A stretch of 64,000 bases of DNA from a virus. How positions within the stretch are numbered: position 1 is the first letter of the stretch; the number at the start of each line of letters is the position of its first letter. Location: positions 38,066 to 102,065 of the IMG/VR virus record IMGVR_UViG_3300032291_002123, one strand, 5' to 3'. Made by a program: the position numbers and the translations under genes. Shown here piece after piece: positions 55,835 through 64,000 of this stretch. The notes beneath the pieces are model-generated. The model ran no database searches and was not told the origin of the DNA. It saw only the letters and a list, made by a program, of their open reading frames with translations.

Positions 55835-55905
55835 CTCCCCGACCTAGATTCGAACTAAGACTAACGACTCCAAAGGTCGCTGTGCTGCCATTACACCATC
55901 AGGGA
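55835..55905 (-). tRNA. tRNA-Gln(TTG), CCA not encoded
   Basis: TCCCTGA/TCGGGGA acceptor, TGGTGTAATGGCAGCAC, GCGAC-CTTTGGA-GTCGT, GTTCGAAT. Confidence 0.9.
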
Positions 55906-55911
55906 TTGCTA

Positions 55912-56472
55912 CTACTTTATGTGTGCGTTAGGCATTATGTCCACCATCAAATGAACTCTGTCTACTTCAGAAAAGTTATTTACGTAGTGCAAGCGTGAAT
56001 TGTTAATTTCCCAGCACTCGCCTTCTGCCATAGACAACTCCTCACCACCTACCCCGAAGTACGTATCCTTAGAAGTAACGATAGGGATGTGATGTCTCCT
56101 ACACACGTTTAGGTATATCCCCTTGTCGGTATGCTCTGAAACACTTTTATTTGCAGGCAACTTGATTAGAACAATCTGTCCACGTTTGCCGTTATGTATT
56201 TCTTCTAAGCGAGACACGATTGGCTCAACTAGTTCTAGCAACTCAGCGTTATCGCTTACTAGAGTAATTATGCAACCAGACCCCACGTGCCACTCAAAAT
56301 CTGTTTTATATAAGAAGTAGGAGTTAGTTTCCTTGTGGACTTCGTGAATTTCTTGACGCTCAGTATTTACTAGCCACTCTTCTTGGAAGTTATGCACCAG
56401 TTCTTTTATATCACTTACGTCGAAAGACCCGTGGTTTCGGAAATTGAATGGCTCATTTGCTTTGCTTTCCAT
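55912..56472 (-). CDS. Aspartyl/asparaginyl beta-hydroxylase family 2OG oxygenase
   Basis: KLPA...VSEHTD...RHHIPIVT...GECWEINN...HYVNN....RVHLMVD. Confidence 0.85.
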   Translation of the reverse strand: MESKANEPFNFRNHGSFDVSDIKELVHNFQEEWLVNTERQEIHEVHKETNSYFLYKTDFEWHVGSGCIITLVSDNAELLELVEPIVSRLEEIHNGKRGQIVLIKLPANKSVSEHTDKGIYLNVCRRHHIPIVTSKDTYFGVGGEELSMAEGECWEINNSRLHYVNNFSEVDRVHLMVDIMPNAHIK

Positions 56473-56516
56473 GTGTCTATCTTACCTTCTGGACGTCGAC
56501 GCTATAAGATGTTCTT

Positions 56517-57038
56517 ATGTTTACAGTACAGATGACAAAAGATGAAATCCGCAGATGTGCGAATATGGCAGTTGAACTCTGGATTGAGAAGTTCGGCAGT
56601 GAAGACCGCCCTAACTATGCTGAGGGTAAGAAAAATGGCTCACTCCAGCACGACCTAACCTCTAACACCAGAACCATCACCGCTGAGATGGCTGTTGCCA
56701 AAGCCACAAATACGACTCTTAACTACCCCGTTTACTCGAACTACCTACACCCATACAGAAAGCACCTTCCTGATGTCGGCGGCAACATGGAGGTTCGCAC
56801 CGTTCGCACTCGTGGAGAAGTTCCCATCTGGAAGAAGGACGCCGGCAAGGCAATCGTGGGCTGTTATGTTCCAGACGAGGAGTTCTTCTCCGAAGTAGAG
56901 ATTTATGGATGGGTCATGGCTGACGATGTTATTGGAAAGCCAGAATTCGAGGACTCCTACATTGGTGGCTGGCGTTATCCACTTACGTCGATGACAGCGT
57001 TTCCAGAGCCAGAGCACTTAAATAAGCCAATCTGGTAA
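56517..57038 (+). CDS. Hypothetical protein (possible restriction-endonuclease-like fold)
   Basis: AEMAVAK...PDVG...EVRT...GW. Confidence 0.65.
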   Translation: MFTVQMTKDEIRRCANMAVELWIEKFGSEDRPNYAEGKKNGSLQHDLTSNTRTITAEMAVAKATNTTLNYPVYSNYLHPYRKHLPDVGGNMEVRTVRTRGEVPIWKKDAGKAIVGCYVPDEEFFSEVEIYGWVMADDVIGKPEFEDSYIGGWRYPLTSMTAFPEPEHLNKPIW

Positions 57039-57105
57039 AAGTTATATAATAATGTATCACTTTTGGACAGATTATCTCTTATAGACTTAAGTTTAAGTTT
57101 ATAAA

Positions 57106-57453
57106 TCAGTTCTCGTCTTCGCTGGCTTTCAAAGCCCTTTCAGCCTTCTTGCGTTCTTTCAATGCTTTTACGAGATTAGCGTCGGTAGTGCTCTTGGCGT
57201 GAACGGTTTTCACTTTGTCGAGCGTAAAACTGCGGAACGACTCCATCCCCTTAGGACCTCCGATGACGGTAATCCACTCTTTTCCCTTATCCGTCTTTGT
57301 GTAGTTGACAAATCTAAAGCGACCACGCTCACCAGCGATTTTAAGTTCTGTTCCGTTAGTGACGTTGCGACCATTAATCTGCATCTCCGTGATGTACTCC
57401 CAATCATCGTTGGGGCACGGAGTGCTTTTCTTTGACTTCTTAATTTTCGCCAT
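57106..57453 (-). CDS. Hypothetical protein (SH3-like, actinophage type)
   Basis: GTELKIAGERGRFRF....WI.V.GG....FRSF. Confidence 0.65.
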   Translation of the reverse strand: MAKIKKSKKSTPCPNDDWEYITEMQINGRNVTNGTELKIAGERGRFRFVNYTKTDKGKEWITVIGGPKGMESFRSFTLDKVKTVHAKSTTDANLVKALKERKKAERALKASEDEN

Positions 57454-57473
57454 GATGCCTACTATACATGAAA

Positions 57474-57763
57474 AGTAAAAAACCTCGCATCTTTCGACAC
57501 GAGGCTTTTTACCTTGACTATCCAGCCAAGAGGTCTTCCATCACTATCCAGCAATGGTCGAATATTTATACTTCATACTCTATAACCGTGACCCACCTTA
57601 TCCGAGTTGCGAATTCGGACTTTCCACTACTTCCCTGTTCTCGCATTTCACCTAAGAATCTAGGTCTACTTTTTGATACTGCGGTTCTGTGAGGGGACGT
57701 GCTAACTGCATACACCAGTCAATAGGTCAGTAGAACTACGATACGGAATTAGTATTCAGTTGT
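57474..57763 (-). ncRNA. Candidate unknown structured RNA directly downstream of tmRNA
   Basis: ~290 nt with no credible ORF; starts with a boxA-like TGCTTGACAACTGAATA; ends in a GC hairpin plus U-tract at 57477-57510. Confidence 0.45.
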
Positions 57764-57776
57764 CAAGCATTTCTTT

Positions 57777-58112
57777 TGGTGGAGATGAGGGGAATTGAAC
57801 CCCTGTCCTGAGATATTCGATTTGTTCTTCTACACGCTTAGGCAATGAATATTTAAGGGACTGCATTGCCACATCCCTTGGTGCTTCAGTTTTACGTCTC
57901 CAGCATGGACGTGGTGCTGGGTGTTCTATTTACTTAAAACCTGACTGCCCACCTAGAACTAGTGCTTTGTCAGGGGCAACTAGCAATTTTTAGGCTGCTA
58001 GAGCGAATGCAGAACGTGATTCAGCATTTATTTCTTTTAGCGGTTTTACAAGACTCCGCTATCTTGGCGTGCTTCACCAAACTTCAGATGCCAGTCGAAA
58101 CCTGTCATCCCC
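57777..58112 (-). ncRNA. ssrA: tmRNA, tag (A)AESRSAFALAA
   Basis: 5' GGGGATGACAGGTTTCGAC; resume context ATAAAT-GCT GAA TCA CGT TCT GCA TTC GCT CTA GCA GCC TAA; 3' GGACAGGGGTTCAATTCCCCTCATCTCCACCA. Confidence 0.95.
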
Positions 58113-58425
58113 TTGTCACTATTGAGTTATGTGTCTATAGTAGCACAGACATTAATCTTTTGCAACTAGGCGACGCTTAATTGGGTCAAATACTTTAGGG
58201 TGCTTTTTAGCCGCCTTGCCGTTTTGACGGTCAGAGTTATTGCTTTTTGCGGCAGGTGCGCCGCCTTTGCCTTTTGCCATCAGATACCTTCCAATAAGTT
58301 TGCTTATAAATATTAGCATAACTATGTTCGCTCTGAGCGATAAAAAAGAACTTGCAGTTCTATAAAGAGTGTGTCTATAATCAGGTATAAAGGTTTTACC
58401 AAATGACAAAAGATGAAAGGCAACA

Positions 58426-58893
58426 ATGACAGACAACGAACTGGTAGCGCAATACGCACCAAGACTTATCGAACTACTACCGCTGGCTCGCAAGGCTTAC
58501 GGCTCACGCAACACCAAATCTCCTCAGCACGACGCCAGCCGTGAATATACCAACCTGCTAGTTGAGTATTACAACAAGGGTGGCAGTCTAATTGCAATCT
58601 CTGAGGCAGTAGGTGTCACCTATGCAGGTGTCCGTCGTCGTGTTACAACCGTCAACATTGCACCTGCAACCAAGCGTGTTCGTAGCAAGGCAACTCCAGA
58701 GCAGGTAGCCGAGGCAGTAGAGCGAATCAAGATTGCAAAACTTCAGAGCGCAGAGGCTTACCACGAGGCTCTCCGCCACGAGTATGAAGACAATGGAATC
58801 TCGCTAACTAAGATTTCCAAAGGCATGGGATTGAGTTCTTCTAACCCTCTCTACTACGGAGTGGCTAGAACGAAAATCAAGTCTGCTGTATAG
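58426..58893 (+). CDS. Double HTH DNA-binding protein
   Basis: GGSLIAISEAVGVTYAGVRRRV and GISLTKISKGMGLSS; the first half resembles the second half of 14642-15190. Confidence 0.7.
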   Translation: MTDNELVAQYAPRLIELLPLARKAYGSRNTKSPQHDASREYTNLLVEYYNKGGSLIAISEAVGVTYAGVRRRVTTVNIAPATKRVRSKATPEQVAEAVERIKIAKLQSAEAYHEALRHEYEDNGISLTKISKGMGLSSSNPLYYGVARTKIKSAV

Positions 58894-58898
58894 CAAAA

Positions 58899-58937
58899 AA
58901 AAATAACCCCCTGAATTAACAGGGGGTATTTTTTTTA
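58899..58937. terminator. Bidirectional intrinsic terminator
   Basis: A-tract, accccctg-aattaa-cagggggt, T-tract between convergent genes. Confidence 0.85.
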
Positions 58938-58940
58938 TGA

Positions 58941-59201
58941 CTAGCGAGTTCCCTTATTCTTTGCTACTTCTGCCTCAGCAGACGATGCAAATGCAATGTT
59001 AATTTCGTCTTCGTCAAGTGTGCCGTCTACAACATAAGCACGAGCGAGCGACTCAGCAACTTCCATAATTCCAACAAATGCTGCAATTAAGGCTGACTGC
59101 CAAAGTTCTACGCCACCGAGACTACCAGCAGCAAGAACTGCGCTGACCTTGAGGATTACAAGCGCAATCGTACGCTTGAGGATTGTTTTTGCGATGTTCA
59201 T
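58941..59201 (-). CDS. Small membrane protein (holin-like)
   Basis: Two hydrophobic helices followed by DG.LD.DEIN.AF. Confidence 0.6.
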   Translation of the reverse strand: MNIAKTILKRTIALVILKVSAVLAAGSLGGVELWQSALIAAFVGIMEVAESLARAYVVDGTLDEDEINIAFASSAEAEVAKNKGTR

Positions 59202-59257
59202 GGTTTCTCCCTGAGAGTGAGGTAATTTAAGGTCGCCTCTCTCCCAAGGGCTTGATA

Positions 59258-59587
59258 CTATTTTACCTCTGTTTTGCCAGCCCTATTTTTAGCATGAGCA
59301 ATCTGCCTACGAATCTTTCTTCGCTCCAACTCATTAGTTCCTCCCCAAATACCAGCGACCCTTTCTCCCTGAGAAAGAGCGTAATCTAAGCATCTTGCTT
59401 TGTAAGGACAAGAGTTACAAATTTCCTTAGCCCCAGTCTCGTCATAGTAGGTTGATGAAACCAAGACGCCGTGGAATTCATTCTCCTGAGGAAAGAATAG
59501 TTCTGGGTCTACCTGAGCGCAGAGTGGCAGCCCTTTGTCAATGAATCTTGGAGAATTAGGGATAAAGCCAATGCTTGATAAGTCCAA
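59258..59587 (-). CDS. whiB: WhiB-family transcription factor
   Basis: CAQVDPELFFP...AKEICNSCP...CL.YAL......GIWGGT.E.ERR. Confidence 0.93.
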   Translation of the reverse strand: MDLSSIGFIPNSPRFIDKGLPLCAQVDPELFFPQENEFHGVLVSSTYYDETGAKEICNSCPYKARCLDYALSQGERVAGIWGGTNELERRKIRRQIAHAKNRAGKTEVK

Positions 59588-59687
59588 TTAATAGTTCTTC
59601 CTATTAGGTTTAACAGAGCCTAACACCGGACATCATTTCATGCAAGTCGAGAAATAAAAAGCCACCCTTTCGAGTGGCTTTTTATTT

Positions 59688-59918
59688 TTAGTCCTGATGA
59701 ACGAGAGTGTTAAGTTTATCCAAACGAAATCCAGACCAACTATCTTCTCCGACAACCACAACTGGAGCAGAGCGATAGCCCTTCTCTTCAATTAATGGCA
59801 TAATCTCAGGACTATCAGCAATCATTTTTGATTCAAACTCAATACCTTTGACAGTTAGAAAGCGCTTGGTTTGCTCACACTGCGTGCAGTTTGGGTTGCT
59901 GTAAACAATTACTGACAT
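59688..59918 (-). CDS. nrdH: NrdH glutaredoxin-like protein
   Basis: VYSNPNCTQC..TKR.L...GYRSAPVVVV...WSGFRLDK. Confidence 0.92.
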   Translation of the reverse strand: MSVIVYSNPNCTQCEQTKRFLTVKGIEFESKMIADSPEIMPLIEEKGYRSAPVVVVGEDSWSGFRLDKLNTLVHQD

Positions 59919-61960
59919 TATTTGCTGTTCTCCACAATCAACTTGATTTCACAGGCGTCTGTGGTGCAATATTTTTCGCCCACGGCATCCAACCCCATAC
60001 CAGCGTAGATACCAGCGAAGTCAATCGGGAACAACTTTCCAGCAGCCTCGTTATATTCTTCTTCGGTAATCTGCGTGTAAGGCATCTGAGGATATGTAAA
60101 GTTTCCACTAGGTAGGAACGATACAGTCTTCAACTGACCGTCGTACATGTGAAGAACCTTCTCAACATCTCCACCCTCAGTTTCTGGGTTGAAAGAGATA
60201 GTTACTGAAACAGAGTTATCTGACCAGTAGCGTTGAGCAGTTGCTGCCAAGTTCATCTTCTCGTAGATACTTACGTCTTTCTCAGCACGCTTTGCAGATG
60301 CCTTGATTGGGAAGTAAACAACAGAAGTGTGCTCAGGGTTCTCTGACGCAGGCTCTACGGTGTAGTTAGCCATCTTAAACAAAGCCAACTGCGGGTCATC
60401 GTTACCGAAGCGAATAGCACGGTTGAAGTATTCTCCACCCGGTGACCAGTGTGCGCCCGGAGACTCGCCAGCAAGAATTGACACAGTTCCAGAAGGCTTG
60501 ACAGTCGTGGTCTTAATTGACTCACGGATACCTAGCCACTCAGAGTAGATGTTGTCGTAGTGCTTGATAACGGCATAACCTGCATCCATCCAATTGCGGA
60601 GTTCAGGCAAGCCCTTGTTGTCTGCAAAGTTAGCGATACCAGACATCGAAGTTCCAATGCGACGGTTACGCTGCATAATTGCGTTGGTCTCTTCCCAGTG
60701 TGTCGGAAGTAGCGTCACGGTTTTGGCATAAAGGTAGGCGAACTTCAAGGTGCGCTTGTAATCCTCTAGTGATTCGTGACGGTTTAGGTAAGTCTCGACC
60801 AAAGTACACATTTCATATGACTCTAGAGACTGCTCTGCACAAGGGTTGTAGCCAGCGATACGCCAGTCTTTGTTGTTAATTGGGTCAGCAAGACGACCAT
60901 ACTGCTTCGACATGTCTTCCCAAATAACGCCGGGTTCACCGTTGCGGATAATTCCGTCAACGATTGGCGAGAAGTCAGTTCCAACGTTTACCATGACCGA
61001 GTTGTTTGACATCCAACCCCAGCCAGGATTTTCTGGGTCATAAGAGTTACGGTCAGGAAAAACTTCAGCGTTCTTTAAGTTCAAGAAGTCTTGGTCATCA
61101 ATGCGACCAATAAGCAACTCAGCCGAACGACGAACGTTTCCAGAAACAACACACTTGCCAATTAGGTTGCCGATGTCAGCAATATCAACGGTAGTTAGTT
61201 TCTCTCCAGCACGACCAGTAAAAATTTTAGTGATGGTTTTGTGGAGAGTAATTAGTGGGTCAGGACCTGAAGCAGTTCCACCAAAGGTTTTGATAGGAGC
61301 ACCGTATAGACGAATTTCCGAGTAATCAAACTCAAGGGTCTTTTGCTCAGGCTTTAGGAACGAGTTGATTAGGGCAATAGTAGATTCCTGCCAACCCTCA
61401 CGAGTATCAGGAATTAGGTATGTCTGAACTTCAGGAAGAGGTGCGTAGATTTCAAAGTCCTTGTCAGCACCCTTGTCATCAAAGCCCACGCCCACGCCCA
61501 GCATTGACGCTTCCATAAGGAAAGCAAAAGGCTTACCGGGGTTCTGCTTGGTCATTTCCAAGGTAGAGACAAACGCACAGTTTTGTAGGGACGCCGAGTT
61601 CTTCTGGCGGTTTACTAGGTCAGTGCCCATTTGAGATAAGCCACGACCAGGTGGACTCCACTTTAGGTTGAACAGAGAGTCAAAAAATTCTTTAGCCGAG
61701 GCTGCTGCCTTAGCATCTGACCAAGGCAAACGCTGCTGCTTTGCGTAGTCTTTCTGAAGAGAGTAAGTGCCGTTAGTTACACGCTCACAAACTTCTAGCC
61801 AAGTTTCCTTGGTGCCATCTTCTTTTTTACGAGAGTAGGTTCTGAGAAATGTAATCTCGCCTACAGAGTTACCAGCGGCATCTTTAAAACCGAATGGCGA
61901 CTCCTTGTCTTTGTAACCTGCTACGAACTCTTTATTGAGTTCAAATGAAAATAAAGACAA
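59918..61960 (-). CDS. nrdJ: Class II adenosylcobalamin-dependent ribonucleoside-triphosphate reductase
   Basis: RTYSR, PPGRGL, LQNC, VVSGNVRRSA, NPCAEQ.L...E.C.L.E, TTVKPSGT, C-terminal CTTDAC. Confidence 0.93.
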   Translation of the reverse strand: MSLFSFELNKEFVAGYKDKESPFGFKDAAGNSVGEITFLRTYSRKKEDGTKETWLEVCERVTNGTYSLQKDYAKQQRLPWSDAKAAASAKEFFDSLFNLKWSPPGRGLSQMGTDLVNRQKNSASLQNCAFVSTLEMTKQNPGKPFAFLMEASMLGVGVGFDDKGADKDFEIYAPLPEVQTYLIPDTREGWQESTIALINSFLKPEQKTLEFDYSEIRLYGAPIKTFGGTASGPDPLITLHKTITKIFTGRAGEKLTTVDIADIGNLIGKCVVSGNVRRSAELLIGRIDDQDFLNLKNAEVFPDRNSYDPENPGWGWMSNNSVMVNVGTDFSPIVDGIIRNGEPGVIWEDMSKQYGRLADPINNKDWRIAGYNPCAEQSLESYEMCTLVETYLNRHESLEDYKRTLKFAYLYAKTVTLLPTHWEETNAIMQRNRRIGTSMSGIANFADNKGLPELRNWMDAGYAVIKHYDNIYSEWLGIRESIKTTTVKPSGTVSILAGESPGAHWSPGGEYFNRAIRFGNDDPQLALFKMANYTVEPASENPEHTSVVYFPIKASAKRAEKDVSIYEKMNLAATAQRYWSDNSVSVTISFNPETEGGDVEKVLHMYDGQLKTVSFLPSGNFTYPQMPYTQITEEEYNEAAGKLFPIDFAGIYAGMGLDAVGEKYCTTDACEIKLIVENSK

Positions 61961-62027
61961 TTACGTCACCTTTTCTTGAATTAGTTTGGGATTGAAAATC
62001 AAGTATACATCCAAAAAAATTGGAGTA

Positions 62028-62252
62028 TTACTGGTTTCCCAAGAATAGTGCGTCAACAATTTCTTTGCAAACAGAACAAACCCTTAATTTTTCAGGGTCT
62101 CTAGAGGGTATGAAAACCTTTCCGCATAGGGCTATTACGGGAGTTCCCATAATATACCCTTCAGTTACTTCCGCCGCCTCCGCATAGTGAGCAAAATGAT
62201 TCGAGTCATCTGTGTTTTTTTCTTTTGGTTTTTCTAGTAGTTCTAACATCAC
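62028..62252 (-). CDS. DUF3039 family protein (actinobacterial)
   Basis: FAHY......E....GTPVIALCGKVFIPSRDPEK..VC..CKEI. Confidence 0.85.
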   Translation of the reverse strand: MMLELLEKPKEKNTDDSNHFAHYAEAAEVTEGYIMGTPVIALCGKVFIPSRDPEKLRVCSVCKEIVDALFLGNQ

Positions 62253-63202
62253 ACTGACCTCAACATGCCCATAACTGCTTCTAAATTAATTTTACCAATG
62301 TGAGCAGATATGTCTTCTCTACCAAATGACACCCAAACTTCGTCATTCTTTACAATCAAGCCAGCGCCGAACTCAATACCATGACCTAAAAACTGAAATG
62401 GATTGGACAATTCAAACAAAACTCCATACTCGTTGTATCTAGCAAAACGGTGCTCATAATTTTTTACCGAGTTAGTGCAAACACCAAATCTTTTAGCGTC
62501 ATAGTATTCAACTTTTTTTATGTAAGTCTTATGAACTAATGCCAAATAAGTTCCGTCATCTAACTTCCACAAATTAGAGCCGCCACGGACTCCCTTTATT
62601 TCATCGTTCTCTTCTCTAACTTGATAACGATACCTGTTAATCAGTTTTTGCGTAGGAGAATAGATATAATCAAAATGCTCACTTTGCTCGTAAGGAAGCA
62701 TCCAATTCTTTTCCGCTCTAGTCGGGTCTTCGCCATCAAATCCACCAAACTCAACCATTTCTGCATGATTACCTTGAAGCGAAAATCTCACTAAACGAGG
62801 AATTGGAACTCCGTCTGCTTCTCTTACGATTGCCGTAAACTGCCAATGTCCGTTTCTATAGTAAAGTTTTGCATCCTCGGCACCTCTGGACATAATTACG
62901 TTTATATCTTGCCAAGGTATGTCACCAAATGTAATTCGCTCTATGTTGCTGACTTTTAAGTCATCGTCTAAATCACATAAGTAGAGACGATTTTGTATTT
63001 TGTTGCCCTGAGTGACAACTAATTCGCCAGTTTCCCTAATAATTGTATAATTACTAGACCGCAAAGCCATTTTTATCTCACCCTGTGGCGAGATGGCTAT
63101 TGAAGGATTAAAAGCAGACCAAGACTGGTCTTGGGGGTCAATAAGACGTCGCACCTGCTTAACAGTGCCACCAAGTTCCGTAAAAAGCGGATAATCAGAC
63201 AT
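62249..63202 (-). CDS. Five-bladed beta-propeller glycoside hydrolase-like protein
   Basis: FNPSI, GAEDAKL, EKNWM, RGGS, IEFGAGL, SFG..D blade motifs. Confidence 0.65.
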   Translation of the reverse strand: MSDYPLFTELGGTVKQVRRLIDPQDQSWSAFNPSIAISPQGEIKMALRSSNYTIIRETGELVVTQGNKIQNRLYLCDLDDDLKVSNIERITFGDIPWQDINVIMSRGAEDAKLYYRNGHWQFTAIVREADGVPIPRLVRFSLQGNHAEMVEFGGFDGEDPTRAEKNWMLPYEQSEHFDYIYSPTQKLINRYRYQVREENDEIKGVRGGSNLWKLDDGTYLALVHKTYIKKVEYYDAKRFGVCTNSVKNYEHRFARYNEYGVLFELSNPFQFLGHGIEFGAGLIVKNDEVWVSFGREDISAHIGKINLEAVMGMLRSV

Positions 63203-63226
63203 AGGGTTTCATCTATAATGATACAC

Positions 63227-63430
63227 ATGGAGACAATAGCAGAAGAAACCGACTATCTACTAACTAACAATGACCGCTGCGATGCCTGCGATTCCCAAGC
63301 ATATGTTTACGTCAATTTTGAGTCAGGATACTTACTCTTTTGCCTTCACCACTGGAAAAAAAATCAGGAAAGTGCATCTAAAACTGCTACCGAAATCCAC
63401 GATGAATCGGAGCGTTTACTACTTAGATAG
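63227..63430 (+). CDS. Small zinc-binding protein (actinobacterial type)
   Basis: LT..DRCD.C..QAYV......L.FC.HH; TATAAT just upstream (near-leaderless start). Confidence 0.7.
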   Translation: METIAEETDYLLTNNDRCDACDSQAYVYVNFESGYLLFCLHHWKKNQESASKTATEIHDESERLLLR

Positions 63431-63506
63431 CCCTTATCCTAAAAGTCATACAAGTCGTTTTATTGTAAAATAAAAGAGACTGTATCCTCCCACGGAAAGA
63501 GGCATT

Positions 63507-63872
63507 GTGAGTTGCTGCCCACCTGCTGGAATCTATAACATTATCGCCGACCAGGGCGCAACGCTTTCTCGCACCGTGACTTGGAAAGATTCAGCAAAAA
63601 CTCCAATTAACGTGACTGGCTACACAGCCAGAATGCACGTTCGCAGCAATGTCACTTCAAATACAACTGTTTTAGTGCTTACCACCGAAAATAACAGAAT
63701 TTCACTAGGTGGAGCCACTGGAACCGTGACTTTAACTGTTTCGGCAGCAGACATGACTAACGTTACATCTGGTCAGTATGTCTATGACTTGGAGTTAGTC
63801 GCACCTGTATCAAACGTAGTATCAAGACTTATTCAAGGAAACTTTTCAGTAAGAGCCGAGGTTACTCGCTAA
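63507..63872 (+). CDS. Virion structural-type protein
   Basis: YNI..DQGAT......W......P.N.TGYTARM.VR...YVYDLEL.....V.RL..G.F.V..EVTR. Confidence 0.65.
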   Translation: MSCCPPAGIYNIIADQGATLSRTVTWKDSAKTPINVTGYTARMHVRSNVTSNTTVLVLTTENNRISLGGATGTVTLTVSAADMTNVTSGQYVYDLELVAPVSNVVSRLIQGNFSVRAEVTR

Positions 63873-64000
63873 TGTCAGTCTCTTATGAAGATAAACCTAA
63901 TATTGTCCAAATTGACAAAACTGGTAACAGCGTAACTATTGCTTATGGGGGCCCTCAAGGGGTGCAAGGACCGACAGGTGCTACAGGCGCAACAGGCGTA
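63872..64000 (+). CDS. Collagen-like Gly-X-Y protein (5' part only)
   Basis: MSVSYEDKPNIVQIDK...GGPQGVQGPTGATGATGV, running off the window. Confidence 0.7.
   Translation, partial: MSVSYEDKPNIVQIDKTGNSVTIAYGGPQGVQGPTGATGATGV

Noticed and set aside
57560-57640. RNase P RNA (GGAAAGTCC seen on the minus strand)
   Set aside because: The motif is mid-element and lacks the preceding GAG, and I found no 3' ACAGAA...GGCTTA partner for helix P4.
58152-58493. 113-aa ORF as annotated in the track
   Set aside because: It overlaps the divergent HTH gene and its promoter; only the last ~42 codons (MAKGKGG..., with a GGAAGG RBS) look real.

Overview
64 kb of a large tailed dsDNA phage. WhiB, NrdH, DUF3039, a ClgR-like regulator, DUF1360 and a tmRNA tag ending in FALAA point to an actinobacterial host; the moderate GC suggests a freshwater low-GC actinobacterium (inference). 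(1) 1-11.6 kb: head module with portal and Dps, plus a >2680-aa ORF missing from the ORF track because it runs off the window. It reads as a polyvalent effector protein: HExxH peptidase, six tandem GNAT acetyltransferase domains and an ADP-ribosyltransferase-like domain, joined by recurrent EDLG linkers. (2) ~11.7-38.1 kb: a sharply bounded compartment of about 50 mostly small minus-strand genes. By eye it has no TTAA and almost no CATG/ACGT. It carries about 15 promoters matching the actinobacterial PafBC/RecA-NDp DNA-damage motif (TGTCRG-N10-TAnnnT, often fused to TTGACA), 14 copies of an orientation-independent box TGCGTGGAAAA-N6-ACCCTTT, and a 6C-like C-loop RNA. It encodes terminase, a protein phosphatase, an HDAC-family deacetylase, ClgR, NlpC/P60 and a MoxR-AAA/vWA pair, and looks like a first-injected or terminal-repeat host-takeover region. 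(3) 38-64 kb: candidate small terminase, an iteron-like origin at the strand switch, M23 endolysin, DNA methyltransferase, nucleotide metabolism (dNMP kinase fusion, ThyX, class II RNR, NrdH), GroES, 2OG oxygenases, tRNA-Leu, tRNA-Gln, tmRNA with a candidate unknown ncRNA behind it, and WhiB. All calls come from manual motif reading; no database searches were run.
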